IMG/VR virus record: IMGVR_UViG_3300044980_000094
Location: 1 to 56,213 of that record
DNA: 56,213 bases
Reading direction: 5' to 3' (one strand)
Origin: a virus
Taxonomy: Duplodnaviria; Caudoviricetes
Shown here: one piece after another, positions 1 through 9,509 of the stretch
How the letters are laid out: each line of letters begins with the position of its first letter
Numbering within the stretch: the stretch's first letter is position 1
Position numbers and translations under genes: made by a program
The notes under the pieces: model-generated
What the model was told of the DNA's origin: nothing
The model's database searches: none
What the model saw: the letters and a program-made list of their open reading frames with translations, nothing else

Positions 1-22
1 TCCCCCCAACCCACTACAATGT

Positions 23-148
23 CCACCCATCCGGAGCCCACCCCATGGCAATCACCCAAGAGCAGATCATCCACGTCATCCAGGCCGGCCTCGACATCCG
101 CCTCCGCCACAACGCCGACATGGCGGCAATCCGCGCCCAATTAGTCGC
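23..148 (+). repeat. Terminal direct repeat, left copy (126 bp)
   Basis: Identical to 56088-56213; most likely assembly circularisation overlap. Confidence 0.95.
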
Positions 149-587
149 CTTCGCCACCGGCGGCCTCCAGGCCCAAGACCTAATCGATACCCTATGGGCC
201 ACGACCCTCGACCCCGAGGCGACCATCGGCAAAGCCTGCGGGACGCTAGACTACTACCAGCACCATTATGCCCTAAGGGCGCGAAAGAACCTCGCCGAAC
301 GCCAACGCAAACGGCGGAGGCGACAGGCCGACCCAACAAGCAATCCAAGTAGCCCCCAGACGCCCGACTCCCAACCCGACAGCCCATTCCCATACCCATT
401 CACTCCCACCATACCGCCGCCTCCCCTAGCCCTTGCGCCAAGCCAACTCTCGGCCCTAGCCAGCGCCGGTCTCGGCCGCCAGCCCAGCCCCGAGGATTTC
501 GTCAACCCAATCGACGACATCAGCGACGAAGCGGCGGCAAAGGCCCTAGAGATTGCCCTAGCGGCCAAGGGCAGGCAGCAGGGTTAG
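45..587 (+). CDS. Hypothetical early protein with basic helix and Pro-rich tail
   Basis: GGAG upstream; basic stretch KNLAERQRKRRRR; downstream of sigma70-like promoter at 56053-56081 on the circular map. Confidence 0.7.
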   Translation: MAITQEQIIHVIQAGLDIRLRHNADMAAIRAQLVAFATGGLQAQDLIDTLWATTLDPEATIGKACGTLDYYQHHYALRARKNLAERQRKRRRRQADPTSNPSSPQTPDSQPDSPFPYPFTPTIPPPPLALAPSQLSALASAGLGRQPSPEDFVNPIDDISDEAAAKALEIALAAKGRQQG

Positions 588-712
588 CGGCCAAGGCGCG
601 AGGGCCAAGGCGACATGATGCTGGTCACCTGCCCATGCCGAAAAGGCACGGGGCTATGACTAAATTGATGGTTGCAATCGGCGGCAACACCACAACTTAT
701 GCGATTAAGCCA

Positions 713-741
713 TTGACACGCCTTCGCGCCCATGCCATGGT
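713..741 (+). promoter_or_regulatory. Putative sigma70 promoter
   Basis: TTGACA-17 nt-CATGGT in intergenic gap ahead of the early operon; -10 box is weak. Confidence 0.45.
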
Positions 742-756
742 GCCATTCCGATCACA

Positions 757-1035
757 ATGTGGCCTAATCCAATGACCAACCACAAGCCTGCCAGTCCGAC
801 CAAAATTCTTTTTTGCGAGACTTACGAGCGGCATTTGCGCCGCTTATGGGCTTGGACTCGGGATGCCAACAAACTAGCCGAGTTCATGCGCAGCGTTGAG
901 CAGACTCTAGACGGCGGCAATACCTGGAGTCGCAGCGGTGAAGCTTATGACGCCACACTGGCCGAATTGGGCCTCCCCAAAAAGACAAGTCTCAAAGCCC
1001 TGCAATCGATGCCAGTTGGGGAGCCTGCTCAATGA
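757..1035 (+). CDS. Hypothetical protein (start may be 772)
   Basis: ORF, ATGA overlap with next gene. Confidence 0.7.
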   Translation: MWPNPMTNHKPASPTKILFCETYERHLRRLWAWTRDANKLAEFMRSVEQTLDGGNTWSRSGEAYDATLAELGLPKKTSLKALQSMPVGEPAQ

Positions 1036-1430
1036 CCAAATCCCTCAAACTCGCCCGCCCGCCCGGCCCCTTCCTGGTCCTAGTCCTCGACCCCGACGGC
1101 CGTCTGGCAATCCAAGGCGCCAACGGCAAGTCGATTCCGCTTCGCGACTTCAACCCGCGCCAGACCCTCGAGGCACGGCTTGCCAGCCAAGCCCAGACCG
1201 CCAAGACCATATCGGCCATAGCAGCCCAGGCTCCCCAGCCAAAGGCTCCAGCCCCCAAGCCAAAGCCCCTAGCCAAGACCGCGCCGCCACTGACCTCTTG
1301 GCGTAGCCTGGGCGGCGGGATACAGGTAAGGCAAATTCCCCCAGGGCTGTCCGGAAAGCAATTCGCGGCCCTGATGCCAGCGGCAATGCCGCTGCCCATG
1401 CCAGTTAACTCCTCCCAGATTGACTTCTAA
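1032..1430 (+). CDS. Hypothetical protein ending in QIDF
   Basis: Coupled start; Ala/Pro/Lys linker; C-terminal IDF. Confidence 0.7.
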   Translation: MTKSLKLARPPGPFLVLVLDPDGRLAIQGANGKSIPLRDFNPRQTLEARLASQAQTAKTISAIAAQAPQPKAPAPKPKPLAKTAPPLTSWRSLGGGIQVRQIPPGLSGKQFAALMPAAMPLPMPVNSSQIDF

Positions 1431-1450
1431 CCAACTCCCCCGGAGCCCCT

Positions 1451-1651
1451 GTGATGCCCAAGCCCCAATTCCCCCTCGCGCCCAAATTCCGCCTATCCCA
1501 GAACCTCGACGGGTCCGAGTCCTTCGAGTTCGAGGTCATCGACCCGAACGACGAGCCCATATGGGCGAGCCTAATCGGCCTAACAGGGCTCTGCCTTGGC
1601 GGGATATTCATCGGCTGCTTGGCGGCGTTTATGGTCATTTGGCTAGCCTAG
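1451..1651 (+). CDS. Small membrane protein
   Basis: GGAG RBS; C-terminal hydrophobic segment. Confidence 0.65.
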   Translation: MMPKPQFPLAPKFRLSQNLDGSESFEFEVIDPNDEPIWASLIGLTGLCLGGIFIGCLAAFMVIWLA

Positions 1652-1697
1652 CAGCCAGCCCATTCATGCTAGCCCATATGTCCTTCGGAGCCCAACA

Positions 1698-2012
1698 ATG
1701 CACATTTCCCAACTCCTAATCTCCATCGAGCAGGCCAACTGCGAACTAACGGTCATGAGATTCTCCGAGCCCTTCATGCGTCCGAACATATGGGATGTCG
1801 TGCTGCGCTACACGGACGGCAACGGCACCAAGATCGAAACGCACAAAAAAGGGGAGGTATTCGTGGAGGCCCTCGAGGCAGCCTGGGCTGCATTTTCGAT
1901 CTTGGCCAAAAATGGCCTCCCAGCTGGGGCACTATTGGCGCCAATCGAGCCATGCGGCCAATCCTGCCAGCCCAGCCTGCCGACCTTTGCCACCTGCTAT
2001 GACTCCCGGTGA
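1698..2012 (+). CDS. Hypothetical protein
   Basis: GGAG RBS 7 nt upstream of ATG. Confidence 0.7.
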   Translation: MHISQLLISIEQANCELTVMRFSEPFMRPNIWDVVLRYTDGNGTKIETHKKGEVFVEALEAAWAAFSILAKNGLPAGALLAPIEPCGQSCQPSLPTFATCYDSR

Positions 2013-2229
2013 ACAGCAGGCCAAGAGCCTGATCTACAGTCCCAAGGGCTGCTGGCTGATCGCGACCGACTACGGAACCTGGGGCGCGTTCGACTATGCC
2101 CGGAAATGGCTGGGGGAATTAGACAGCCCCGAGGCGATTGTGAAAATGCTGGCCCAAGCCAAAGCTGCCAGCCCAGCGGCCAGCCCAGCGGCCAAGGCTG
2201 CCATATCTGCCGGCGAAATCGACTTCTAG
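1999..2229 (+). CDS. Hypothetical protein ending in EIDF
   Basis: Start MTPGEQ overlapping previous gene; AASP repeat linker; C-terminal IDF. Confidence 0.7.
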   Translation: MTPGEQQAKSLIYSPKGCWLIATDYGTWGAFDYARKWLGELDSPEAIVKMLAQAKAASPAASPAAKAAISAGEIDF

Positions 2230-2381
2230 GACACTTCTAAACCAAAAGGATTACCCAATGCTTGTCGTTGCGACTGTAATCGGAGCTTTGCTGCTGCTGG
2301 CCCTGCTTGCCGGCCCGAGGGGCCACAGGGGCCACAGAGGCCACTAAGGGGCCATTTGCAACTCCAGGAGTCTAACCCACA

Positions 2382-2648
2382 ATGCCCAATCATAGCCGAA
2401 TCTGCGTCAGCGACACGAATTTGTGGCTCGCTGAAACCGAGCTCAACATCCAAGTCGAATACTCCATAACCCCAGTCGTGCCAGCCGGACACGACCAGCC
2501 CGCAAGCGGGGGTGAGATCGAGATCCTAGACGTCCGGCCATTCACAGAGAAGCCGGGCGGTAAGCGCCAATGGCTAGAATGTCCACAATGGCTGACCGAA
2601 ATTCTGCTAAAGGCCATCGACGAGGAGGATTTGGATGGACACGACTGA
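2382..2648 (+). CDS. Hypothetical protein
   Basis: AGGAG RBS; globular acidic composition. Confidence 0.7.
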   Translation: MPNHSRICVSDTNLWLAETELNIQVEYSITPVVPAGHDQPASGGEIEILDVRPFTEKPGGKRQWLECPQWLTEILLKAIDEEDLDGHD

Positions 2649-2922
2649 GCAAGTGGTCATGGACGATAGCCAAGCTGCGGTGGACCATGCCCATCCAGCC
2701 CATCCAGCCCATCCCGACATGGCGGCCCTGAATGCAGCCCTGACCCCGTCCCTGCCCCCATTCGCTTGGCCGCACATTGGCGCAGCGGTGGTCAATTGCG
2801 TTCTCCTAGCCATTAGGCAGAACGCCCGCCAAGAGTTCTCCGACCAGGACTTCGAGAGACTCATGCAGATGTTGGCCTTGGCCGAGGAGTCGGCCCGAGA
2901 AGCGCCATTGCTGTGGCCCTAG
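2635..2922 (+). CDS. Hypothetical protein
   Basis: GGAGG RBS; HPA repeats. Confidence 0.65.
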   Translation: MDTTEQVVMDDSQAAVDHAHPAHPAHPDMAALNAALTPSLPPFAWPHIGAAVVNCVLLAIRQNARQEFSDQDFERLMQMLALAEESAREAPLLWP

Positions 2923-2924
2923 GC

Positions 2925-3122
2925 ATGAATCTGCTAATCGGCCACGACCTCGGCCTCGCATGCCGCCAATGCGGCAAGGCCTTGGGTCGACTGCCAGCCC
3001 AAGCCCGGCATAAGCGATTCTGCAGTCGCGAATGCCGACTGCAATGGCACAATCTGCGAACACGCAAGGCCAGGACCATGCTAGCGCAGATGGAACAAGA
3101 GAGCAAGGAGCCCCAGTCGTGA
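2925..3122 (+). CDS. Small Cys-rich (zinc-finger-like) protein
   Basis: CRQC...RFCSREC motif. Confidence 0.65.
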   Translation: MNLLIGHDLGLACRQCGKALGRLPAQARHKRFCSRECRLQWHNLRTRKARTMLAQMEQESKEPQS

Positions 3123-3358
3123 TGCAATTCAAGACCAACATGAATAGAGTATTTCGTGCAAACACGGAGAATAGAAAACAAAGTTTCACGAAAATGCTCG
3201 CCGAGTTCGCCAGCACAATGGCCAGACAAGGCATAACTGTTTACGGCAGCGGTATCGGCGGGATTCATATGCAAATGGCCGGCCAGCATATGGTCTACAA
3301 GTCCATCCCCGAAGCAGCCGAGGCAGCAGAGAGATTCATTCTGGGAGAGGATCAATGA
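3122..3358 (+). CDS. Hypothetical protein
   Basis: AAGGAG RBS, TGATG coupling. Confidence 0.6.
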   Translation: MQFKTNMNRVFRANTENRKQSFTKMLAEFASTMARQGITVYGSGIGGIHMQMAGQHMVYKSIPEAAEAAERFILGEDQ

Positions 3359-3807
3359 CGGAGCAGCAAATGCCAGGCGCAGCAGCGCGTGCTGCACGCA
3401 GCCGAGATTGCCTATTTGCCCCACTCGTCGGAAGCCGTTTTGTGCCGCCGGCAATGATTATTCTCAATCTTCTCCCCCAGAACTGCAAAGTCGAACTAGT
3501 GCCAGAGCAGAGCAATCCCTACGACTCCGGCGCCATTGTGGTGCAGGTCCGAACGGAACAGATACCAGCGGATGAGCTCAGGGCAATGACCGAAGACCTA
3601 CTAGGCCAAGGGTTTTCGCCCGAGGACCTGGCAGCCAAGCCCTCCTGGCCACTTGGCCACCTTGCCGCCAGTGGCGGCAAGCCCTTGGCCAAAATGCGCA
3701 ATACTCGGCCAGACTTGATCGGCACAGCCGAGCTTGCAAGCTTGGTGCCCTGCGAGGCCGAGTTGCGATTCGAAGGAGAATTTGTGCTGGTAGTGGTGGC
3801 CCAGTGA
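3355..3807 (+). CDS. HIRAN-domain protein
   Basis: VGSRF...VELVPEQSNPYDSGAIVV matches the HIRAN L.REP.NPYD..AI.V pattern. Confidence 0.75.
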   Translation: MTEQQMPGAAARAARSRDCLFAPLVGSRFVPPAMIILNLLPQNCKVELVPEQSNPYDSGAIVVQVRTEQIPADELRAMTEDLLGQGFSPEDLAAKPSWPLGHLAASGGKPLAKMRNTRPDLIGTAELASLVPCEAELRFEGEFVLVVVAQ

Positions 3808-3947
3808 CGATCATCGCATGGGCTATCATCGCCGCCGTCGTCATCGGCGTGGTCGGTGTCATCTGGATTCTCAAAGCCGCAGAAACGCGCGACATGGCGT
3901 TCCAACGCCGGGCCGAGGATGACGCGAAATATTGGGGCGAGCCATGA
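3804..3947 (+). CDS. Small membrane protein (47 aa, not in ORF track)
   Basis: GTGA/ATGA overlaps both neighbours; N-terminal TM segment TIIAWAIIAAVVIGVVGVIWIL. Confidence 0.65.
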   Translation: MTIIAWAIIAAVVIGVVGVIWILKAAETRDMAFQRRAEDDAKYWGEP

Positions 3948-4183
3948 GCGAGCACGGCAGAACACAGGCAGAGCACGACGCCGCCGTGATGCAGATGCGC
4001 AGCGTTATCGAACGCGAGCAGCCTGAAACCGCCGCGCTGCGCTCCCAGCTCGCCAGCCGCGACGCCGAGATTGACGCGCTATGCCGGGTCATCAAGGCTT
4101 ACACGGGGGTCCTGATCAAGACCTGCGCGCTGGTGAACGCTCTCGAGGAGGAACTCGCCAGGTTAAGAAGTCCCGCATCGTGA
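3944..4183 (+). CDS. Hypothetical coiled-coil protein
   Basis: Coupled ORF, heptad-like pattern. Confidence 0.6.
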   Translation: MSEHGRTQAEHDAAVMQMRSVIEREQPETAALRSQLASRDAEIDALCRVIKAYTGVLIKTCALVNALEEELARLRSPAS

Positions 4184-4446
4184 GTCGCCCCGTCATCCTG
4201 ATCATCGGAGCCTTGCTCGGCATTGCGACGGCGGGCGCGGACGAATACCTGCAACGCAATAATGACCAGTCGTTACGGGATCGTCCGCTCCCGATTTGCG
4301 CTCTCTCTCTGTTCTCCGACGGAAAAACAGTGCTGATCGATTTCCGCAGTCCAGCGGTTACCTATAGCGGAGAGTTTCCAGTCGATGACGCAGCGCGGGT
4401 GCTTTTCGAAAGCGTTGAATTACTACGTGAGGAACAGTGCAAATGA
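4180..4446 (+). CDS. Small exported protein, paralog A
   Basis: GTG start overlapping upstream stop; signal peptide ending ATAGA-D; shares C.LSL..DGKT..I.F....VT..G..PVDDAA...FESV with next gene. Confidence 0.7.
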   Translation: MSRPVILIIGALLGIATAGADEYLQRNNDQSLRDRPLPICALSLFSDGKTVLIDFRSPAVTYSGEFPVDDAARVLFESVELLREEQCK

Positions 4447-4742
4447 TCTCCCGCATATTTATCCTTAGCCTCCTAGTCGTCGTCGCGCCGGCGGCACAGG
4501 CAGACGAACGCCTGCCATCTGGGCAGCCGTTCCAACTGTTGAACCCGCAGGATAACCAAGCAATCATAGGTATTTTGCAGCCAATGTGCACGCTCTCGCT
4601 AAACGCAGACGGAAAGACAGCATCGATCAATTTCTGCGGCACGAAAGTCACGTTCACCGGTGATTTGCCAGTCGATGACGCGGCGAAGATGTTTTTCGAA
4701 AGCGTGGGAGCCCTGCGCCAGCCGGGGTGCGGGAAGCCATGA
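4443..4742 (+). CDS. Small exported protein, paralog B
   Basis: Signal peptide ending AAQA-D; paralog of 4180-4446. Confidence 0.75.
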   Translation: MISRIFILSLLVVVAPAAQADERLPSGQPFQLLNPQDNQAIIGILQPMCTLSLNADGKTASINFCGTKVTFTGDLPVDDAAKMFFESVGALRQPGCGKP

Positions 4743-4987
4743 CCAACTCTATCCTGAGCCTTGGCCCACTGCTTGGCGTCGCGACAGGGGCGGGCGCTAT
4801 GGGAGCGCTTTGTATCGGCGGAATCTTGTGCTTCTTCATTGGTTTCAGGTTGATCAGCAACGGACTTGATTGTGTCAGCAGTTTTGGCATTGCTCAGGTG
4901 TTCTTTGCGCTTCCAATGTTTATCTTGGGCGGGCTGCTGATTTTATATGGTTCTAACATCGCCCCTTCTTTGTTTTGGTGGATTTGA
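4739..4987 (+). CDS. Membrane protein
   Basis: Two to three hydrophobic segments; coupled start. Confidence 0.65.
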   Translation: MTNSILSLGPLLGVATGAGAMGALCIGGILCFFIGFRLISNGLDCVSSFGIAQVFFALPMFILGGLLILYGSNIAPSLFWWI

Positions 4988-4988
4988 C

Positions 4989-5300
4989 ATGGGAACGTCC
5001 ATGACGCGCGCTGCCATCGTCGCCCTGCTCGCACTCAGCGCACCGGCTCAGGCATGCCATCGCTACACTGTCTGGCGGTATCACTTTGCACAGAATTGCG
5101 CGGCACAGGGGAAGCACGGATATGAACCAGTTCGGCATTTATTTAGGGCTGTTCGTCATGGGGTGCGGGACCGGCGCCTTAATAGTTCTGCTCGTATTTC
5201 GCAGGCGGATAGTCGGTCGATAGTCCAGCCCTTACCGCCAGATGCCCCAAGCCCCGAAGACATTGCGAAGTTGCGAGCAGCGCTGGAGGGAGTGAGATGA
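4989..5300 (+). CDS. Small exported protein
   Basis: Signal peptide ending APAQA followed by CHRYTVWRYHFAQNC. Confidence 0.6.
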   Translation: MGTSMTRAAIVALLALSAPAQACHRYTVWRYHFAQNCAAQGKHGYEPVRHLFRAVRHGVRDRRLNSSARISQADSRSIVQPLPPDAPSPEDIAKLRAALEGVR

Positions 5301-5350
5301 GCGACGGGTCAGCGCCGTGTTGAAGTCAATCGGTTTGGAGGGCTAGGCCA

Positions 5351-5890
5351 ATGGCAAGCGCAGTTGAACTGGCTTATGGAATTTTGTGGCGGATTGTGAC
5401 TAGCGACAAGCAGATACATCTGGCGAGGAAATTACTTCTCGACGGCCTCGGCAAGGACGGCCAGCGGCGAGGGATAGAGGCGGCGATTGAGCAACTCGGA
5501 CTGGTCGGCCACGACGACGGCGCCTCTGTGTCCGACCCCTACACCCGCGCCGCCCGCGACGTGATCGCCGAGCGCCTGCGCCAGATTAGCGAGGAGGGCT
5601 TTACCCCAGAGTATGATGATCTATACAAGAATGGCAGTCTTGCCTTAGCTGCGGCCTGCTATGCGATCGCCTCAGATTGCGACGACAAAGAAAGAAAATC
5701 CCTCGATCCCTCCTGTGTCTTCTGGAGCACAACCGATGCAGCGTTTGTTTGGCAAAAAATGTGGCCTTTTCCTATCGGCTGGTGGAAGCCCAAGGATCGT
5801 CGTCGCGATCTCGTCCGCGCCGGCGCGCTGATCCTCGCCGAGATCGAGCGCCTTGATCGCGCAAGCGCAGGGAGTAATGAACATGGTTGA
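5351..5890 (+). CDS. Conserved phage hypothetical protein
   Basis: AARDVIAERLRQ..EG..PE.DD...LALAAACYA...WP...WWKP...RRDLVRAGALILAEIERLDR, a widespread phage domain. Confidence 0.8.
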   Translation: MASAVELAYGILWRIVTSDKQIHLARKLLLDGLGKDGQRRGIEAAIEQLGLVGHDDGASVSDPYTRAARDVIAERLRQISEEGFTPEYDDLYKNGSLALAAACYAIASDCDDKERKSLDPSCVFWSTTDAAFVWQKMWPFPIGWWKPKDRRRDLVRAGALILAEIERLDRASAGSNEHG

Positions 5891-6158
5891 GCATGTCCTC
5901 AAAACAACCATAACGGTATGGGACGCGATCGAGAGCGGCCAGAAGCGTTTCGAGGTTCGCCGAAATGATCGGTTCTTTCAGCAGGGCGATATTGTCGTGC
6001 TGAGGAAATGGGACGCCGAATATCACTGGTATGCCCCAAATGAAGGGCGCAAGTTTACAACTTGCGATCTGAGATTCAGGATCGGCTGGATGCTCCAAGG
6101 CGGTCAATTCGGGGTTGAACCCGGATACGTCGTGTTTCAACTGGAGCCGGCGCCATGA
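5877..6158 (+). CDS. DUF3850 / ASCH-PUA-like protein
   Basis: H.LK....WDAI.SG.K.FEVR.NDR.FQ.GD...L...PGYVV. Confidence 0.85.
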   Translation: MNMVEHVLKTTITVWDAIESGQKRFEVRRNDRFFQQGDIVVLRKWDAEYHWYAPNEGRKFTTCDLRFRIGWMLQGGQFGVEPGYVVFQLEPAP

Positions 6159-6832
6159 CCCCCAACCCCACAAGCCCGACGACACTGGTGGATGAGTTCG
6201 AGCGTCTTTTGAAGCACTATGCTGATGGTTGCGTTCTCGCGATGTCGGAACACCGCCATATTATTTCAACCGACTTTGACGCGCGAAAGAAGGCTGTGAT
6301 TAATGCTTACCTCGCCGCGCTGCACCGCTCCCACGCCGCGAGCGGGGAATACGCGCGGGGGCTTCGTGATGCGGCCCAAGTGGCATTGGAGCCAAGAGGG
6401 CGCCCGACGCCGGGCGCCTGCTCTTGCGTCGAGCAGGAGGCAATCGCCGATGAATTGGACCGAGTCAGGGACGCGATCTTCGATGTGTTCTGCCCCAGCA
6501 TAAGATGGTCCCTAGAAGATGCGGAATTGTATTACTGGGCTGCAAAAGCTGCAATCGCTGTGATGAATCCCTTCCCCTCCCCCCGAATCGCCGCCCTCGA
6601 AGCGGAGAACGTGGAGTTGAGGACGCATCTTGTTCTCGACGCGCAAGCCCTAAAGCCATTCGCCGATGCGGTTTACAATGACAACGGTGACATGACCGTT
6701 GGGCCGGTGCTGGACAATTATGAAAGCTGCTGTCGGGCTTATAGCGCCGAGAAACGACTCCGCGCTTACTTCGCCAAACATCCGCTCGCCGAAGGGCAGT
6801 CGGCGACGGTGCGGGAGGATAGGGAATGCTGA
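6155..6832 (+). CDS. Hypothetical (mosaic) phage protein
   Basis: Coupled ORF in early cluster. Confidence 0.65.
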   Translation: MTPNPTSPTTLVDEFERLLKHYADGCVLAMSEHRHIISTDFDARKKAVINAYLAALHRSHAASGEYARGLRDAAQVALEPRGRPTPGACSCVEQEAIADELDRVRDAIFDVFCPSIRWSLEDAELYYWAAKAAIAVMNPFPSPRIAALEAENVELRTHLVLDAQALKPFADAVYNDNGDMTVGPVLDNYESCCRAYSAEKRLRAYFAKHPLAEGQSATVREDREC

Positions 6833-7269
6833 CCATCGCAGACTTTCAACGCGAGTCGAACCGCATCGAAGGCATTCCGCACGTTCGCAAGGGCGAGATT
6901 GAGGCGCTGGAAACCTTCCTACGATGTGATCCGGTGTGCGTCGCTGATCTCCAAGCCTACGTTAAGGTCGTCCAGCCGAACGCTGTCTTGCGGGCGACGC
7001 CGGACGTTCCGGGAGTTCGTGTCGGCCGTCACATTGCGCCGCCATCAGGGCCACAAATCGTCGCCGACCTGGAGCGGATTCTTGGCGCGGCAAACAGCGG
7101 GGCGCTGAGCGCCTACGCCGTGCATTGCCTCTACGAAACCCTGCACCCGTTCACCGACGGCAACGGGCGCTCTGGGCGGGCACTATGGCTCTGGATGCGC
7201 GGGGGCTACGCGCCGCTGGGCTTTCTGCATCAATGGTATTATGAGACGCTAGAGCGGCGTGCACAGTAG
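6826..7269 (+). CDS. fic: Fic-domain protein (putative AMP transferase)
   Basis: Canonical HPFTDGNGRSGR motif; N-terminal SNRIEG inhibitory-helix motif. Confidence 0.92.
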   Translation: MLTIADFQRESNRIEGIPHVRKGEIEALETFLRCDPVCVADLQAYVKVVQPNAVLRATPDVPGVRVGRHIAPPSGPQIVADLERILGAANSGALSAYAVHCLYETLHPFTDGNGRSGRALWLWMRGGYAPLGFLHQWYYETLERRAQ

Positions 7270-7278
7270 GAGGCAATT

Positions 7279-7557
7279 GTGACGACTTCGGAAGAACTGG
7301 CTGATATTATGGTCGAGGAAGAAATTGCGCTTGGCGCGAGTAGACTGCTAAATCAGCCGGAGCTTATACAGGATATAATCCCTGGCGCAGAGGCAATGGA
7401 TGCCGATGGCTTGCGAACGGTTTGTTTTAAGAAGCTGGTCGCTGCCAGACTCAACGTGACACGAACTATTGTGGTTTTGCAACTGTTTCGTGCAATACAT
7501 GCTCCGGAATTTGCAGACATGTGGCATGCTTGGCGCGAGGGCAAAGGGGGGAAGTGA
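7279..7557 (+). CDS. Hypothetical protein
   Basis: AGGAGG RBS with GTG start. Confidence 0.7.
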   Translation: MTTSEELADIMVEEEIALGASRLLNQPELIQDIIPGAEAMDADGLRTVCFKKLVAARLNVTRTIVVLQLFRAIHAPEFADMWHAWREGKGGK

Positions 7558-7560
7558 CTG

Positions 7561-7923
7561 ATGTCTGCTGCGGTCATAGTAATTCTTTGGTCGGCCTTTG
7601 TGGGACTTGTCATCCTTGTGTGCATAATGTGGGCTAAGATTCGCACTCTGCAAATGCGTGCCATTGAGATTGAGAACGCGGCCCTTGCCACATCCCAAAG
7701 CCAAGAGGACGATTCGGTAATCAAATTCTATTCAGACGGCGATATTTTCCCAAAAGCCAAGAAAGAGCATACGGGTTTTGTGCGCTTACATTTCTTCTAC
7801 AATGAAGAGCATAATAGGCTAATGAACGCAATCATGCAATACGGTCAGCAGTGTATCGACAGCGATGGCCGAGTTTTTTATACTCTCCGAAAGAAATACC
7901 TACCCACAAAGGACCAGCAATGA
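7561..7923 (+). CDS. Membrane-anchored hypothetical protein
   Basis: N-terminal TM segment. Confidence 0.65.
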   Translation: MSAAVIVILWSAFVGLVILVCIMWAKIRTLQMRAIEIENAALATSQSQEDDSVIKFYSDGDIFPKAKKEHTGFVRLHFFYNEEHNRLMNAIMQYGQQCIDSDGRVFYTLRKKYLPTKDQQ

Positions 7924-9482
7924 ATAGCCCATTTGTGCCAACCCCAGAGCAGCAGGCCATCGTAGATGCCGCGAGCAATCGCCATTCGTTAATGATCCAA
8001 GCCTATGCTGGTTGTGCCAAGACGACGACCCTAGCATTGGCAGGGGGGAAGATTAAAGTCCCAGGCCTGGCCCTAGCATTCAACAAATCCATCGCGCAGG
8101 AGTTGGAAAAAAGATTCGAGCCCAATTTCGCCGTGCGGACTATGAACGGGGCCGGATTTGCGGCTCTGCGAAGACAGTTCAGCAGGGTCACGAACTGGGA
8201 AATCGACAACAAGAAGAACGGCAAGATTGTGACAGCAATGGCGAAGGAGAGGAAGATAGCCCTGGCCAGCAGCGACTGGCAAGCAGTAGTGGCCTTGGTC
8301 GGCGCGGCGCAGAATGCTGGGTTAGTGCCTCGGAGACAGGGCCAGGGCCTAGTGGACGATGACTTCAGGGTCTGGGAAGACCTTGGGGATGGCCTAATGC
8401 TGCATCGGGACGACATGGGGCTATATGCTGAATTAGCCTCGACCGCCCTGGCGCGTAGTAATGAATTGACAACTCAGGGCAGGATTAGCTTTGACGACCA
8501 GATCTACTACCCGGTGGCCTTTGGGGCCGAGTTTACCCGCTATCCAGCAGTACTAGTCGATGAGGCCCAAGATCTCAATGGGCTCAATCACGAAATGATA
8601 AGGCGGAGCCTGAGACCAGATAGCAAGCTCGTGGTTTGCGGGGACCCTTTGCAGAGCATATATGCCTTTCGTGGCAGCGTTAACGAGTCGATGAAAAAAA
8701 TGCTGGGGCTGCGAAATGAATGGGAGCATCTGGCATTGAGGGTCACGTTCCGCTGCCCGAGGATAGTGGTGCGACGGCAGCAGACTCATGCGCCTGGGTT
8801 CACAGCAGCGGCGGGGTGCAGGGATGGCCTTTGGCAAAGACTAGGCAGGGCCGAGGACCAATTGAGCTGGAACCGGCAAGACATTCCCCAAATCGGCACC
8901 GTGGCTGTGCTTTGCCGCAATAATGCCCCATTGCTGGGGCTTGCGTTCAAACTCTTAGCCCAGAGAATCGGCGTCGTCATGCTGGGCCGAGACCTCGGTA
9001 AGGGCCTAGTGGGGCTCTGCAGAAAGATCGAACCAGTCGGAAGTACAAGTGCGGCCACATTCGCGGCAAAGCTCGATGCCTGGGCGGAGAAAGAGATCTC
9101 ATTAGCCGAGGCTAACGGGCTAGATGCTAATGTGGAATCCATATGGGACAGGGCGGGCTGTATCCGGACTGTGATTGGTAGCTGTGACCCAAGAACTGTC
9201 GATGACATATGTGCGCAACTGGAGGCCCTATTTGCTCGCGAGACTGGGCTAGTAACTCTGTCCTCGATCCACAAGGCTAAAGGCCGTGAGTGGGATTGTG
9301 TAATCCATCTCGACCCATGGCGACTGCCTAGCCGCCAAGCCAAGGATGCCGCCCTACTGGGCAATTTGCGGCCAATGCAGCAGGAGAGGAACTTACTGTA
9401 TGTCTGCGAGACTAGGACGAGGAATTGGCTCATTGAGGCAAATCTGGCAGACTTTGCAAGGGGCAAGGCCATGGTTGATTAG
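7920..9482 (+). CDS. UvrD/Rep-like SF1 helicase
   Basis: AYAGCAKTT (Walker A variant), VDEAQD, GDPLQSIYAFRG, TFRCP, SIHKAKGREW, ERNLLYVCETR. Confidence 0.92.
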   Translation: MNSPFVPTPEQQAIVDAASNRHSLMIQAYAGCAKTTTLALAGGKIKVPGLALAFNKSIAQELEKRFEPNFAVRTMNGAGFAALRRQFSRVTNWEIDNKKNGKIVTAMAKERKIALASSDWQAVVALVGAAQNAGLVPRRQGQGLVDDDFRVWEDLGDGLMLHRDDMGLYAELASTALARSNELTTQGRISFDDQIYYPVAFGAEFTRYPAVLVDEAQDLNGLNHEMIRRSLRPDSKLVVCGDPLQSIYAFRGSVNESMKKMLGLRNEWEHLALRVTFRCPRIVVRRQQTHAPGFTAAAGCRDGLWQRLGRAEDQLSWNRQDIPQIGTVAVLCRNNAPLLGLAFKLLAQRIGVVMLGRDLGKGLVGLCRKIEPVGSTSAATFAAKLDAWAEKEISLAEANGLDANVESIWDRAGCIRTVIGSCDPRTVDDICAQLEALFARETGLVTLSSIHKAKGREWDCVIHLDPWRLPSRQAKDAALLGNLRPMQQERNLLYVCETRTRNWLIEANLADFARGKAMVD

Positions 9483-9509
9483 ACCAAGCGTGGCCTAGGC
9501 CCATTGGCC

